The notes beneath the pieces were generated by a model. It ran no database searches. It saw only the letters and a list, made by a program, of their open reading frames with translations, and had not been told where the DNA came from. A program made the position numbers and the translations under genes. Of a DNA stretch of 64,000 nt, positions 9,204 through 19,286 are shown in pieces (within the stretch, counting starts at the first letter, position 1; every line of letters begins with the position of its first letter). The stretch comes from Candidatus Eiseniibacteriota bacterium (GTDB lineage Bacteria; Eisenbacteria; RBG-16-71-46; JABDJR01), in the NCBI GenBank assembly GCA_963783375.1, contig CAWANH010000028.1, positions 1,152,001-1,216,000 on the forward strand, read 5' to 3'.

Positions 9204-11201
9204 CTACCGCACCTCCGCGCTCGATCCCGGCACCGCCTTCCACGGCTCGACCCGGCCGCCCAGGTACCGTCCCAGGAACTCCTCGACCCGCCCGTTGAAG
9301 TCCAGGTTGTTCTCGGGGCGCGCGAACCCGTGCCCCTCGTCGGGATAGACCACGAACGTGACCGGGAGCTTCCGCTTCCGCATCGCCGCCACGATGGTCT
9401 CGGATTCCGGGAGCGTCACCCGGGGATCGTTGGCCCCGTGCCCGATCAGGAGCGGCGCCCGGATGGCGTCCACGTGGAAGAACGGGGAGATCCGGCGGTT
9501 CAGCTCGGCATCGTTCTCGACGTCCCCCACCCGGCGCTTCCAGCGGGTTCTCCGGACCTCCCAGTAGGGGGGCATGGAGTGGAACAGCGTGGCCACGTTG
9601 GAGGGACCCACGAGATCCACCGCGCAGACATAGAGATCGGGAGTGAAGGTGATCCCGGCCAGGGTGGCGTAGCCGCCGTAGGAACCGCCCATGATGGCGA
9701 TACGGGCGGGGTCGGCGATCCCCCGCTCCACCGCCCAGCCCACCGCGTCGGTGAGGTCGTTCTGCATGCCCCCCACTCCCCACTGGCGGGTGGACGCGTT
9801 CAGGTACGATTTCCCGTAGCCGGTCGAACCCCGGAAGTTCACCTGGAGCACCGCGTACCCGCGGTTGGCCAGGTGCTGGACGTCGGCGCGGAAGTCCCAG
9901 TCATCGCGGGCCCAGGGGCCGCCGTGGACGTAGAGCACCATGGGGAGCTTCTCCGGCTCCACGCCGAGGGGAAGGGTGAGGTAGCCGGGAATCAGCCGCC
10001 CGTCCCGGGAGGTGAAGGTGATGGGTTTCATGGGGGCCATCGGGTAGCCGGCCAGCCCGGGCACGCTCTCGAAGATCAGGCTCGCCTTCCGGCTTGACCG
10101 GTCGTAGAGGTACCAGGCCGGGGGGACGGTGTCGGACCAGGTCTTCACCACCCATCGCTCGTCGTCGCGGTCGCGGCTCCCGATGGTGAAGGCCCCGGGG
10201 GAGAGCTTCCGGAGCGCATGGAAGTCGGGTTCGATCACCGGATCCAGCACCCGCCACTCGGGAACCAGGTAATCGAAGCCCACCGCCTGGGGGGCGCCGG
10301 TCGCGGGATCGAGCATGACCTGCGGCACCCACCAGATGTTCCACACATCCGACCGCCCGTCCGAGGCCACCTCGCGGATCTCGCGCCCGGTGGCCGTGTC
10401 GAGCACCACCAGCCGCGACATGTCGCCGCCCATGAAGGTCTGAACGTAGAGGCCGGCGCCGTCGGCGGTGAACCCGAGGATCTTCTTGTAGAGGACGCTC
10501 CCGGCCTCGGTGAAGGGCCAGCGGGCGACGTCGCGCCACGGCTCGCCGGGAGCGGACCGCACCCGGATGACGGTGTCGCTGGTCCCGGGGTCCAGGGCCA
10601 CCGCCGCCCGGACCCGGAATTCGCGGTCCACCGCCCACTCGGTGACGTCGCCGGGGTTCTCCACTTCGGTCTCCGCGGCGCCGTCGGCCAGCCTCACCCG
10701 CACCAGGTCGAAGACGGAGGGGTCGCGCCGGTTCATCGACACCAGGACCTCGTCGGGATGGTTCCGGTCGGTAAGCACATCCTGGACCGAGACGCCGGGA
10801 AACGGCGTGATATCGCGAACCTCTCCCGAGGCCAGGTCGCTCGCGTAGAGGTGCCAGTCCTCGTCGCCCCCCTGATCCTGGACGTAGAGCAGGTGGCGGC
10901 TGTCCTCGGCCCAGAGAACCTCGTAGATTCCCCGGTGGCGGTCGTCGGTGGCCATCTGCGGCTCGTCCCGCCCCACCGGCCGCACCCAGATGTTGGATAC
11001 CCCCTCCGGTGAAGGGGCGAGGTAGGCCAGGAGCCGACCGTCGGGGGAGATGGCGGGCTCGGACCGCTCCGGATTCCCGAAGAGAAGCGCCCGGGGGATG
11101 AGCTCGGGCGAGGCGGCCGCCGCGGACTCCGGGGCCCGGGGGAGCGCGCAGAGGACCAGGGCAAAGGGGATCAAGCGGAGCGGCGAGCGGTGATCGGCCA
11201 T
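9204..11201 (-). CDS. S9 family (prolyl oligopeptidase / acylaminoacyl) peptidase, secreted
   Basis: Signal peptide; VHGGPW, NFRGSTGYG, GGSYGG, GANDPRV and DEGHGF (Ser-Asp-His triad). Confidence 0.93.
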   Translation of the reverse strand: MADHRSPLRLIPFALVLCALPRAPESAAAASPELIPRALLFGNPERSEPAISPDGRLLAYLAPSPEGVSNIWVRPVGRDEPQMATDDRHRGIYEVLWAEDSRHLLYVQDQGGDEDWHLYASDLASGEVRDITPFPGVSVQDVLTDRNHPDEVLVSMNRRDPSVFDLVRVRLADGAAETEVENPGDVTEWAVDREFRVRAAVALDPGTSDTVIRVRSAPGEPWRDVARWPFTEAGSVLYKKILGFTADGAGLYVQTFMGGDMSRLVVLDTATGREIREVASDGRSDVWNIWWVPQVMLDPATGAPQAVGFDYLVPEWRVLDPVIEPDFHALRKLSPGAFTIGSRDRDDERWVVKTWSDTVPPAWYLYDRSSRKASLIFESVPGLAGYPMAPMKPITFTSRDGRLIPGYLTLPLGVEPEKLPMVLYVHGGPWARDDWDFRADVQHLANRGYAVLQVNFRGSTGYGKSYLNASTRQWGVGGMQNDLTDAVGWAVERGIADPARIAIMGGSYGGYATLAGITFTPDLYVCAVDLVGPSNVATLFHSMPPYWEVRRTRWKRRVGDVENDAELNRRISPFFHVDAIRAPLLIGHGANDPRVTLPESETIVAAMRKRKLPVTFVVYPDEGHGFARPENNLDFNGRVEEFLGRYLGGRVEPWKAVPGSSAEVR

Positions 11202-11484
11202 GACGGGCTCCTCATAGGGTCAGGGGGGATAGGGACAGCCGAGGTCGCCCCGGTTGGACCGTGCAGATGCTCCCATCCCCCGTGGCCCTGGGCAAGCGGT
11301 TCCGCCGGCCCGGGAGACGGTTCCCGGCAAGCGGCTCCGCCGGCCTTTAACCCGCACGCCCCGGGAGCTAGAATAGGGGCCTTACCGTGCCGTTCCGGGG
11401 AGGCTGATCCCGGGATCCGCGTTCGGCTCCGCCGCGCGCCGGACGCGACGTCCCGATTCCGCCCCCGCGGGGAAGGAGGAGGTC

Positions 11485-11802
11485 ATGGACTGGCATGAAC
11501 TGGAGAAGATGAAGGTCACCGATCTTCGCGAGCTGGCCAAGGAGAAGACCCAGCTCGAGGGACTCTCCGGGCTCCACAAGGACCAGCTGGTGGAGGCGAT
11601 CGCTCACGACCTGGGGATCGAGAAACCTCACAAGGTGGTTCACGGGGCTCAGAAGACCAAGATCAAGCAGGCGATCCGGGCAGCCAAGGCCAGGCGGGGC
11701 GAGGCCGAGGCCTCGAAGAACCGCGCCGCCTACACCGAGGCGCGCCTGGAACTCCGCAAACTCCGCCGCCGGCTCCGGCGAATGGCCCAGGTGGAGGGCT
11801 AG
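11485..11802 (+). CDS. Small basic protein with Rho N-terminal-like domain
   Basis: GGAGGAGG RBS. LEKMKVTDLRELAKE...GLSGLHKDQLVEAI resembles Rho_N; Lys/Arg-rich C-terminus. Confidence 0.7.
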   Translation: MDWHELEKMKVTDLRELAKEKTQLEGLSGLHKDQLVEAIAHDLGIEKPHKVVHGAQKTKIKQAIRAAKARRGEAEASKNRAAYTEARLELRKLRRRLRRMAQVEG

Positions 11803-12410
11803 CCCGCCCCGCCCGGCCATTCCCCGGCGAGCGCGTCCTCCAGGCGCTCCCGCATGTGCGCGAGGTGCGTCCCCTCCCAGTAGATCCTCCGGCACCGGGG
11901 GCAGCGGAAAAACGTGCGGTGGTGGGCGTGGACGAAGGGAGGGATCCGCCCCGCCGCCTTCTCGCGCGGGATCGAAACCAGCGCCTGGTTGCACAGGGTG
12001 CACCGGGTGGGGGTCCGGCCGCGCCAGTGCAGGCCCAGGGCGTCCACCACCTGGCGGAGCTGGGCCAGGGGCCGGTCCGCCTCGATCAGGATCGCGTCGG
12101 GGAGGCGGTAGCGGGCGGGGATCCCGCGGTCTCGGGTGAGCAGGATGCGCCCTCCCCGCAGCGCCCGGCGCGCCAGCTCCGGGTCGTCCACCGCCGGGTC
12201 GTACTCGGTGTCGTATCCGAGGAGCCGGAGCCAGCGGGCGAGCCGCCCCAGCATGGCATCGGCGATGAAGCGCGGCTCGCCGTGGCGGGGGACGGCGCGC
12301 CCCGCCCCGTCCCGCTCCACGCGCGCGCCGCAGGTGCAGGTGATCGCGCGGCCGAACTGGAAGAGGGTCACGTCGTAGTTCCGGCCGCAGCGCGGACAGA
12401 CGATGGCCAT
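11799..12410 (-). CDS. Mut7-C RNase domain protein with N-terminal Zn ribbon
   Basis: FIADAMLGRLARWLRLLGYD, RILLTRD, TRCTLCN, CPRCRRIYWEGTH; N-terminal CPRC...CTC. Confidence 0.88.
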   Translation of the reverse strand: MAIVCPRCGRNYDVTLFQFGRAITCTCGARVERDGAGRAVPRHGEPRFIADAMLGRLARWLRLLGYDTEYDPAVDDPELARRALRGGRILLTRDRGIPARYRLPDAILIEADRPLAQLRQVVDALGLHWRGRTPTRCTLCNQALVSIPREKAAGRIPPFVHAHHRTFFRCPRCRRIYWEGTHLAHMRERLEDALAGEWPGGAG

Positions 12411-12557
12411 GACGATCCCAGTATAGACCGGGCCGCGGGGGGCCTCCCGCCGCCGGCTTCCCCGAACGGGTTCCCTTCGGCTAAGGTGATAGCTGCAGTC
12501 CCGTTTCCGCATGCATGGATTCGGCGGGAGCGGTTCCCGTCACCCAGGAGGATACCC

Positions 12558-13019
12558 ATGAAATCGACCCTGTTGATCGCCGCCGCGCTGGGCGTCGCGC
12601 TCTCCGCCGCGCCCCTCGCCGCCCAGGAGCACCCCGAGCACCCCACCGACACGCCGATGACCAAGGAAGTGGAGCTCACCAAGGACTCCCTGGCCGATGC
12701 CATCCAGAGCTGGGTGAACGACCAGTCCAAGCTCCTCGGCGGCTATTTCCTCTACTACGACGCCGAGGCCAGGCAGCCCCTGGCGCTGACCCTGGACCAC
12801 GTTCACCGCGAGCGGGTGGCCAGCCTGGGGAACGACGTCTACTTCGCCTGCGCCGACTTCAAGGAAAAGGGCGGGAAGATGTACGACATCGACGTGTTCA
12901 TGAAGGACCAGGACGGCGAGCTGGTCCCCACCGACGTCTCCGTCCACAAGGTCGAGGGAGTTCCGCGCTACACCTGGGCCGAGGAGAACGGCGTCTGGAT
13001 GAAGAAGCCGGCGAAGTAA
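12558..13019 (+). CDS. Secreted hypothetical protein (mature N-terminus QEHPEHP)
   Basis: AGGAGG RBS, ATG at 12558, signal peptide ending PLAA-Q, strong coding-like codon usage. Confidence 0.75.
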   Translation: MKSTLLIAAALGVALSAAPLAAQEHPEHPTDTPMTKEVELTKDSLADAIQSWVNDQSKLLGGYFLYYDAEARQPLALTLDHVHRERVASLGNDVYFACADFKEKGGKMYDIDVFMKDQDGELVPTDVSVHKVEGVPRYTWAEENGVWMKKPAK

Positions 13020-13105
13020 TCCGCTCGCCGCGCCCCGTCCCGGCGGCGGGAGCGCGGCGATTCCGCTCCGCCCGCCGCGCCTCCCCATCGAAGGTGGGGG
13101 GTGCG

Positions 13106-14320
13106 GTGAGGCGCCGGGCCCGGCCGGGCGGTGGCGCTGGGCCCCTGCCTCGCTCTCACCGCGTGCACCGCCGGCCCCCGAAGCGCGGTTCCGACGTGCC
13201 CTCGCCGGCGGCGGCGGGAAGCGGCGAGCCGAACCTCGCGGCGGGCGGGGACGGCGCGCTCTACCTGAGCTGGCTCGAACCGTTCCCCGAAGGGGGCACC
13301 GCCCTTCGGTTCGCCCGCTGGACCGGGGAAGGCTGGTCGAAGCCTCGGACGGTGGCCCACGGCGGCGACTGGTTCGTGAACTGGGCCGACGTGCCGGCGA
13401 TGAACGCCCTCGCCGACGGAACCCTCGCCGCCTCCTGGCTGGAGAAGGTCCCCGGGGACCTCTATGCCTACGGCATCCGGATCGCGCTGTCCCATGACGG
13501 CGGCGACACCTGGAGCGCGCCGGTGATCCCGCATCGGGACACCACCCTCACCGAGCACGGCTTCGTCTCCATGGCGCCGGTGGGGCCCGACCGGTTCGGC
13601 GTGGCCTGGCTCGACGGGAGGGAGACCGGGGGCGGGGAGGAGGACTCGACCCTGGGGCCGATGACCCTCCGCTACGCCACCGTGGACCGCGACGGGCGGC
13701 TGGGGGACGAGACCCTGCTCGACGCCCGGGTCTGCGATTGCTGCGGCACCGACCTGGTGCTCCTGGCCGGCGGCTCCCCCGCGGTCTTCTACCGCGACCG
13801 TTCGGAGGACGAGACCCGGGACATCGCGGTGGTGCGAAGGGCCGGGGAGGCGTGGACCGAGCCTGCGCCGGTTCACGCCGACGGCTGGAAGATCGCCGGG
13901 TGTCCGGTGAACGGGCCCGCCGCGGCCTCGGCGGACGATCGCCTGGCGGTGGCCTGGTACACCGCCCCCGGGGGCGAGCGCGGGCGGGTGCGGTGCGCCT
14001 TTTCATCGGACCGGGGCCGGACCTTCGGCGCGCCGGTCGAGCTCAGCGACGGCGATCCGCTCGGCCGGATGGGGGTGGTTCTCGACCCGGACGGGGCCGC
14101 ACGCGTCTCCTGGCTCGAGAGCGGCGGCGAGGGGGTCGCGGCGATCCACCTCCGCCGGGTGGCCGCGAACGGCGTTCCCGAACCGGTCCGGGTGGGGCCG
14201 GCGATGAGCGCCGAGCGGGGGAGCGGCTTTCCCCGGCTCGCGCGCTGGAAGGACCAGGTGGTTCTGGCCTGGACCGAACTCGGCGACAGCTCCCGGGTCC
14301 GGACCGCGCGGTTGCGCTGA
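13106..14320 (+). CDS. BNR/Asp-box (sialidase-like) beta-propeller protein; start uncertain
   Basis: WFVNWADVP, Asp boxes SHDGGDTWS and SSDRGRTF, HGFVS, VCDCC, GCPVNGP. A lipoprotein-like signal lies in another frame at 13131-13180. Confidence 0.7.
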   Translation: MRRRARPGGGAGPLPRSHRVHRRPPKRGSDVPSPAAAGSGEPNLAAGGDGALYLSWLEPFPEGGTALRFARWTGEGWSKPRTVAHGGDWFVNWADVPAMNALADGTLAASWLEKVPGDLYAYGIRIALSHDGGDTWSAPVIPHRDTTLTEHGFVSMAPVGPDRFGVAWLDGRETGGGEEDSTLGPMTLRYATVDRDGRLGDETLLDARVCDCCGTDLVLLAGGSPAVFYRDRSEDETRDIAVVRRAGEAWTEPAPVHADGWKIAGCPVNGPAAASADDRLAVAWYTAPGGERGRVRCAFSSDRGRTFGAPVELSDGDPLGRMGVVLDPDGAARVSWLESGGEGVAAIHLRRVAANGVPEPVRVGPAMSAERGSGFPRLARWKDQVVLAWTELGDSSRVRTARLR

Positions 14321-14325
14321 GCCGC

Positions 14326-15234
14326 TCAGGATGAGGCGGCGGGGCCTCGGACCGGTGCGGAGCGGCGCGGGAGCTGCACCGCGGTGACCCCCGCCAGGAC
14401 CAGGATGCCCCCGAACACCACCTGCCACGACGGCATGTCCCCGAAGGCCAGCCAGGCCAGGAACGCGGTGACCGGGGCCTGGAGGTTGGTGAAGACCGCC
14501 ACCTGGCTCGCCTCCAGCCGCCGGAGCGCGTAGTACCAGAGGGTGAAGGCCACCCCGCTGGTCATCGCGCAGAGGTAGAGGAGTTCGAGCCAGCCCCGGA
14601 GCCCCGGGTCGGCGGGGTGGAAACCGCGCCACGCCCAGGGGGTGAAGGGGAGGGCGAAGAGCGCGGCGAAGCCGAAGGCATAGGTGATCACGGTGAACGG
14701 ATCGTAGCGGCGAAGGACGTCCTTCCCGGCCAGGGTGTAGCCCGCCCACGCGATCACCGCGAGGAGGATCAACAGGTCGCCCCGCATGGGGGCGGCGGAG
14801 AGTTCGAGGCCCCGCGCGGTGAGCACCAGCACCACCCCGGCCACCGCCAACGCCACCCCCGCGCCCTTCCGCGGCCCCACCCGCTCCTTCGACATGGCCA
14901 CCGCGCCGGCCAGGACCAGGACCGGGGTGAAGGCGTAGAGGAGAGCGGCATGGAGCGGGGTGGAGAGATGGATCCCGAAGATGAAGAGCACCTGGTTCAG
15001 GCACACCCCCAGGAACCCGATCAGCGCGAAGCCCGGGAGGTCCGCCCGGCGGGGGCGCGGCCGTCCGCGGTGGGTGGCCGCGTACACCGTCCAGACCAGG
15101 ATCCCGCTCACCATGATCCGGAACCAGGCGAGCTGAAGGGGCGTGAAGAGCGAGGTGGCGTCCTTGGCCACCAGAAAGGTGCCGGCGGCGATCAGGGTCT
15201 GGCCGGATGCGGCGAGGTAGGCCCAGCGCTTCAC
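14326..15234 (-). CDS. DMT/EamA family transporter
   Basis: GTG at 15234 with GGGAG; two EamA repeats, about 10 TM segments. Confidence 0.88.
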   Translation of the reverse strand: MKRWAYLAASGQTLIAAGTFLVAKDATSLFTPLQLAWFRIMVSGILVWTVYAATHRGRPRPRRADLPGFALIGFLGVCLNQVLFIFGIHLSTPLHAALLYAFTPVLVLAGAVAMSKERVGPRKGAGVALAVAGVVLVLTARGLELSAAPMRGDLLILLAVIAWAGYTLAGKDVLRRYDPFTVITYAFGFAALFALPFTPWAWRGFHPADPGLRGWLELLYLCAMTSGVAFTLWYYALRRLEASQVAVFTNLQAPVTAFLAWLAFGDMPSWQVVFGGILVLAGVTAVQLPRRSAPVRGPAASS

Positions 15235-15350
15235 GCGTTCTCCCGAGGTGGCGGCGCGGGCCGGGGAAGGGCGGAGCGCCGAACGAGCGGAAAAGGGTAG
15301 CACGGGTCGCCCGGGCCGACCTCCGGCCTTCCTGCTATCCTCCCCGGACC

Positions 15351-15971
15351 ATGAAACCGACCTTCCCGTGGGCGGATCCCCTGGAGGGGCTCCCGCTCCG
15401 CTTCGCCACCCCGCCCGCCTGGGTGGAAACCGCCCGGGCCAATTTGGATGCGCTCCTGGTCGATCACGCCCACTGCGAGGAGAAGGCGGCGAGCCAGGCC
15501 CTGGCCCTGATCGGGCGTTTTCCCGAGCACCCGGGGCTCGCGCGCGGGATGATCGCCCTGGCCCACGAGGAGATGCGCCACTTCCGCCAGGTGCTGGACC
15601 GGCTGGAGGAGCGCGGCGGCCGGCTCACCAAGCCCCTTCCGGACCGCTACGTGCGCGCGCTTCGCGAATGGGGGTTCCGCCATCGGGGGGGGATCGGGGC
15701 CCTGGGGGACCTGCTCCTGGTGAGCGCCTTCGTGGAGGCGCGTTCCTGCGAGCGCTTCCGGGTCCTGGCCGAGGGGCTGGCCGGGGACGAACCGGAACTC
15801 GCGCAGTTCTATCTGCGTTTGGCCGACGCCGAGGGGCGCCACTGGGAACTGTTTCGGGACCTGGCCTACGAGGCCGGGTCGAAGCGGGCGGTCGGAGAGC
15901 GCCTGGCCGAGATGGCCGAGGCCGAGGCGGCGATCGTCCGGGAGCGGCCGATCGAGCCGCGGATGCACTAG
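15351..15971 (+). CDS. miaE: tRNA ms2i6A hydroxylase MiaE-like (ferritin-like di-iron)
   Basis: LVDHAHCEEKAA, EEMRHF, EARSCERF and EGRH di-iron motifs. Confidence 0.85.
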   Translation: MKPTFPWADPLEGLPLRFATPPAWVETARANLDALLVDHAHCEEKAASQALALIGRFPEHPGLARGMIALAHEEMRHFRQVLDRLEERGGRLTKPLPDRYVRALREWGFRHRGGIGALGDLLLVSAFVEARSCERFRVLAEGLAGDEPELAQFYLRLADAEGRHWELFRDLAYEAGSKRAVGERLAEMAEAEAAIVRERPIEPRMH

Positions 15972-16018
15972 CGCTTCGCCTGCTTGCCGGCGGCCTACGT
16001 TACAATAATCGGCCTAGT

Positions 16019-16043
16019 TAACCCATTGATAAATATGCAGATA
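16019..16043. promoter_or_regulatory. 25-bp dyad containing a perfect IHF consensus
   Basis: TAACCCATTGATA is the reverse complement of TATCAA-TGGG-TTA (WATCAANNNNTTR). It lies in an AT-rich gap between convergent genes. Confidence 0.5.
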
Positions 16044-16097
16044 CCCGGGTAAACTCCGGGGCGGGCCGACACTCGCGACCCCGCCACGTTCGCCCGG

Positions 16098-17132
16098 TTA
16101 TCTCCCCCGCCCCATCACCGCGAACCCGATCATCTTGTACAACAACCGCGCGGCCACGTTGGCGTCCCATTCGCCGGCGCCCGACGGCCCCGGCGCGACC
16201 TCGGACAGATCGAACCCCACGATCCGCCGGTCGCTCTCCGCCACCAGCCGCACCAGGGCCACCGTTTCCGGGAACGAGAGCCCCCCGGGAACCGGCGTCC
16301 CGGTGTGGGGGCAGAGGGTGGGATCCAGCCCGTCCACGTCGAAGGAGAGATAGACCTCCTCGGGGAGCCGGTTCACGATCTCGCGGGCGATCCGCATCCA
16401 CGGCTCGCCCCCCAGCTGGCGGAGCTTCAGGTCCGGGTCGAAGTAGGTCCGGATCCGGTCGGGGCTGGTGCGGATCAGGTGCTCCTCCTGGTTCGCGTAG
16501 TCCCGGATCCCCACCTGGACCACCCGGGCCACCCCCGGCACCCGCGTGACCACGTTGTACATGATCGAGGCGTGGGACCAGATGAACCCCTCGTAGGCGT
16601 GGCGAAGGTCGGCGTGGGCGTCGAGGTGGAGGATTCCCATCCCCGGGTGCCGCTCGGCCACCGCGCGGATGAGCCCGAAGGGGCTCGAGTGGTCGCCGCC
16701 CACCACCCCCACCAGCTTTCCGCGATCCAGCCAGTTCGAGGCGGTCTCCTGGACCCAATCGTTCATCTCGTCGCACCGCGCGTCCACCGCTTCCGCGTCG
16801 GCGGCCCGGTCGGGATCGTGCTCCACCCCGCCGGCCTCGATCACCCGTTCGGCCACCCGTCGGGCGGCGTCGCTCTTGGCGCGGAGCTCTCCCGGCGCCG
16901 CCAGCATGGCGATCCCCCGCTCGTAGGGGCGGCCGGTTTCCCGGTCCAGGAGATCGATCTGCGCACTCGCCGCGAGGATCGCCGAGGGCCCGTCCGCGGT
17001 CCCGGCCCCGTAGGAGACGGTGGCCTCCCAGGGGACCGGCACCAGCACCACCTCCGCCTCTTCGGGGGAATGGGGGAGGCCGAAGATGCCGGTTCCCACC
17101 GCGGCGCCGTCGGGGTCGAAGGGCGGGGCCAT
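16098..17132 (-). CDS. Agmatinase / ureohydrolase family protein
   Basis: PVPWEATVSYGAGT, GGDHS, DAHADLR, SFDVDGLDP and TGTPVPGG Mn-binding motifs. Confidence 0.9.
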   Translation of the reverse strand: MAPPFDPDGAAVGTGIFGLPHSPEEAEVVLVPVPWEATVSYGAGTADGPSAILAASAQIDLLDRETGRPYERGIAMLAAPGELRAKSDAARRVAERVIEAGGVEHDPDRAADAEAVDARCDEMNDWVQETASNWLDRGKLVGVVGGDHSSPFGLIRAVAERHPGMGILHLDAHADLRHAYEGFIWSHASIMYNVVTRVPGVARVVQVGIRDYANQEEHLIRTSPDRIRTYFDPDLKLRQLGGEPWMRIAREIVNRLPEEVYLSFDVDGLDPTLCPHTGTPVPGGLSFPETVALVRLVAESDRRIVGFDLSEVAPGPSGAGEWDANVAARLLYKMIGFAVMGRGR

Positions 17133-17140
17133 GTCCGGGG

Positions 17141-17845
17141 CTACCGGCGCGATCCGAGGAAGAGCCGGAGCACGTACCAGAACATGAGCGCCACCGAGGC
17201 GAAGAGCTGGAGCGCGGCGGCCACGTGCCGGTCCTCGGGGTAGGTGCGGATGATGTTGGACGTGTCCCGGAGGATCGCCGCTCCGGCCAGGCCCACCATG
17301 CCCACCGAGAACCAGGTGCCCAGGTTGAACCCGAACAGCACCGCGGCCACGATGGCCACCAGGGCCAGGATCATCCCCCACTTGAGGAGCCCGCCCAGGA
17401 ACGAGAAATCCTTCCGGGTCCAGAGCGCCACCCCGGTGAGGCCGGTGAAGCCGAGGAGGGTGACGGTGGCCGCGCTCCGGATGGTGCCCGGGGCGTAGGC
17501 GTTGGCCACGTAGAGGAGGGGGATGAAGATGATCGACTCCGCGGCCACGAAGCCGGCCAGGGCCAGGTACTGGGTGGAAGCCGAACTCGAGGTCTGGGCG
17601 GCCCGGCTGGCCAGCCAGCTCACCACCATGAACCCGCCCAGGACCAGGAGCCAGCTCGTCCCGAGGAGGGCTTTGGCGACCGATTCCGCCACGCCGGTCT
17701 TGAAATAGAGCACTTCGAGCAGGGTGAAGAAGATCATCGCGCCGAACAGGTGGTTGTAGGTGCGGGCGATGAAGGCCGAGCGGGCTTCGGCCCGGGCCAT
17801 CGGGGAGCGGAGAACGTGTTCGCCGGGGCGGAAATCGGAGCTCAT
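17141..17845 (-). CDS. Bax inhibitor-1/YccA family membrane protein
   Basis: About 7 TM segments; RSAFIARTY, KDFSFLG, ILRDTS and AALQLF. Confidence 0.88.
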   Translation of the reverse strand: MSSDFRPGEHVLRSPMARAEARSAFIARTYNHLFGAMIFFTLLEVLYFKTGVAESVAKALLGTSWLLVLGGFMVVSWLASRAAQTSSSASTQYLALAGFVAAESIIFIPLLYVANAYAPGTIRSAATVTLLGFTGLTGVALWTRKDFSFLGGLLKWGMILALVAIVAAVLFGFNLGTWFSVGMVGLAGAAILRDTSNIIRTYPEDRHVAAALQLFASVALMFWYVLRLFLGSRR

Positions 17846-18152
17846 GAGGAGACCCCTCCCATCGGGTCGGGAAACCGGACAAGGCGCGTCCGAGGAGTAT
17901 ACCCCGGTCGCGTCGCGGTGCCGATCCCCGGCCGGGGCGCGCCCCGGAACCGGCAAACCGGCCTCAAATGGTCGTATACGGCGTTTGGGGTCCCGGAATT
18001 CCCCTGGATGAGGTTTATCCAAAGCATGAAGGGACAAACGCCCGGATTCTGCGCGATCATAGACGGCGCTGTCCCGCGATCGATTCGGGGGAACCGGCGG
18101 CGCGGCGCACAGGATCCGGCGAGACCGCGCGGGTGGATGAGGAGGCAGAAAC

Positions 18153-19286
18153 ATGATCATCGGCGTACCGAAGGAAACCCATCGCCACGAGCACCGCGTG
18201 GGGTTGACCCCGTTTGCCGTGGCGCGACTCACCGAGGGCGGGCACTCCATCTTCGTGGAGAAGGAGGCGGGCCTGGCCGCCCACTTCTCGGATCGCGACT
18301 TCGCCAACGCGGGGGCCAAGATCGTCTATAGCGCCGAGGAGGCGTATCAGCGCGCGGACCTGGTCTGCCGGGTCGGTCTCCTCACCGCCGACGAGCTTCC
18401 CCTCATCAAGTCGGGATCGGTCATCGCCGCCTTCCATCATCTGGCGGTGGCCCCGAAAGCCCTGGTCGATCAACTGATGGCCCTCAAGGCGACCCTGATC
18501 GGCTACGAGATCATCCGGGATCGGAACGGCGATCTCCCGGTGCTATTCCCCTTCAGCGAGATGGCCGGACAGATGGCGGTGCACATCGCCGCCCACTACC
18601 TCCAGAACGGCGCCGGGGGCCGGGGCATCCTGCTCGGCAACGTGCCCGGAGTGCCGCCGCCCACCGTCCTCATCCTGGGCGCGGGCACGGTGGGCCAGAT
18701 CTCGGCCCGGCAGGCGCTGGCCCTCGGGGCACACGTCATCATGCTGGATACCGACATCTCGAAGCTCAGCGTGGTGAACCGGGCCTTCAACGGCCGGGTG
18801 GTGACCGTGGTGGGGGGGTTGGACCGCCTGGAGAAGTACACCTCTATCGCCGACGTTCTCATCGGGGCCATTCTCATTCCCGGCGGCCGGCCGCCGCTCC
18901 TGGTCACCGAGAGCATGGTAAAGGCCATGAAACCGGGAAGCGTGATCATCGACGTGTCCATCGACCAGGGCGGGTGCGTGGAGACGAGCCGCCCCACCGG
19001 TCTGGAATCGCCGACCTTCACCGCCCACGGGGTCGTCCACTACTGCGTCCCCAACATGACGGCCAACATCGCCCGCACCGCGTCGCGGGCCCTGGCCAGC
19101 GCCGCCCTGCCGTATCTCATCGAGCTGACCGGACGTGGAATGAACCAGGCGCTCAGGGCCGATCCCGGCCTGGCCGAGGGCGTTTATCTATATCGGGGGA
19201 AGATGGTGCAGGAGGTGGTGGGGGCGACCCTCGGAATTTCCACGGCGTCGCTCCCGGTCCTCCTGGATCGGGGGGAAGGGGAATGA
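18153..19286 (+). CDS. ald: Alanine dehydrogenase-like protein (AlaDH/PNT family)
   Basis: IGVPKE..EHRVGLTP, SEMAG, GAGTVG, IDQGGCVETS and HYCVPNM. The canonical KVK is replaced by RVG. Confidence 0.8.
   Translation: MIIGVPKETHRHEHRVGLTPFAVARLTEGGHSIFVEKEAGLAAHFSDRDFANAGAKIVYSAEEAYQRADLVCRVGLLTADELPLIKSGSVIAAFHHLAVAPKALVDQLMALKATLIGYEIIRDRNGDLPVLFPFSEMAGQMAVHIAAHYLQNGAGGRGILLGNVPGVPPPTVLILGAGTVGQISARQALALGAHVIMLDTDISKLSVVNRAFNGRVVTVVGGLDRLEKYTSIADVLIGAILIPGGRPPLLVTESMVKAMKPGSVIIDVSIDQGGCVETSRPTGLESPTFTAHGVVHYCVPNMTANIARTASRALASAALPYLIELTGRGMNQALRADPGLAEGVYLYRGKMVQEVVGATLGISTASLPVLLDRGEGE

Noticed and set aside
15996-16030. AT-rich convergent gap as a possible dif (XerCD) site
   Set aside because: The putative XerD arm matches TTATGTTAAAT poorly; it is better explained as an IHF-like dyad.
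17951-17990. GGCAAACC as the start of a c-di-GMP-I riboswitch upstream of ald
   Set aside because: The GNRA-loop stem and following GCAAA/P2 elements are absent.
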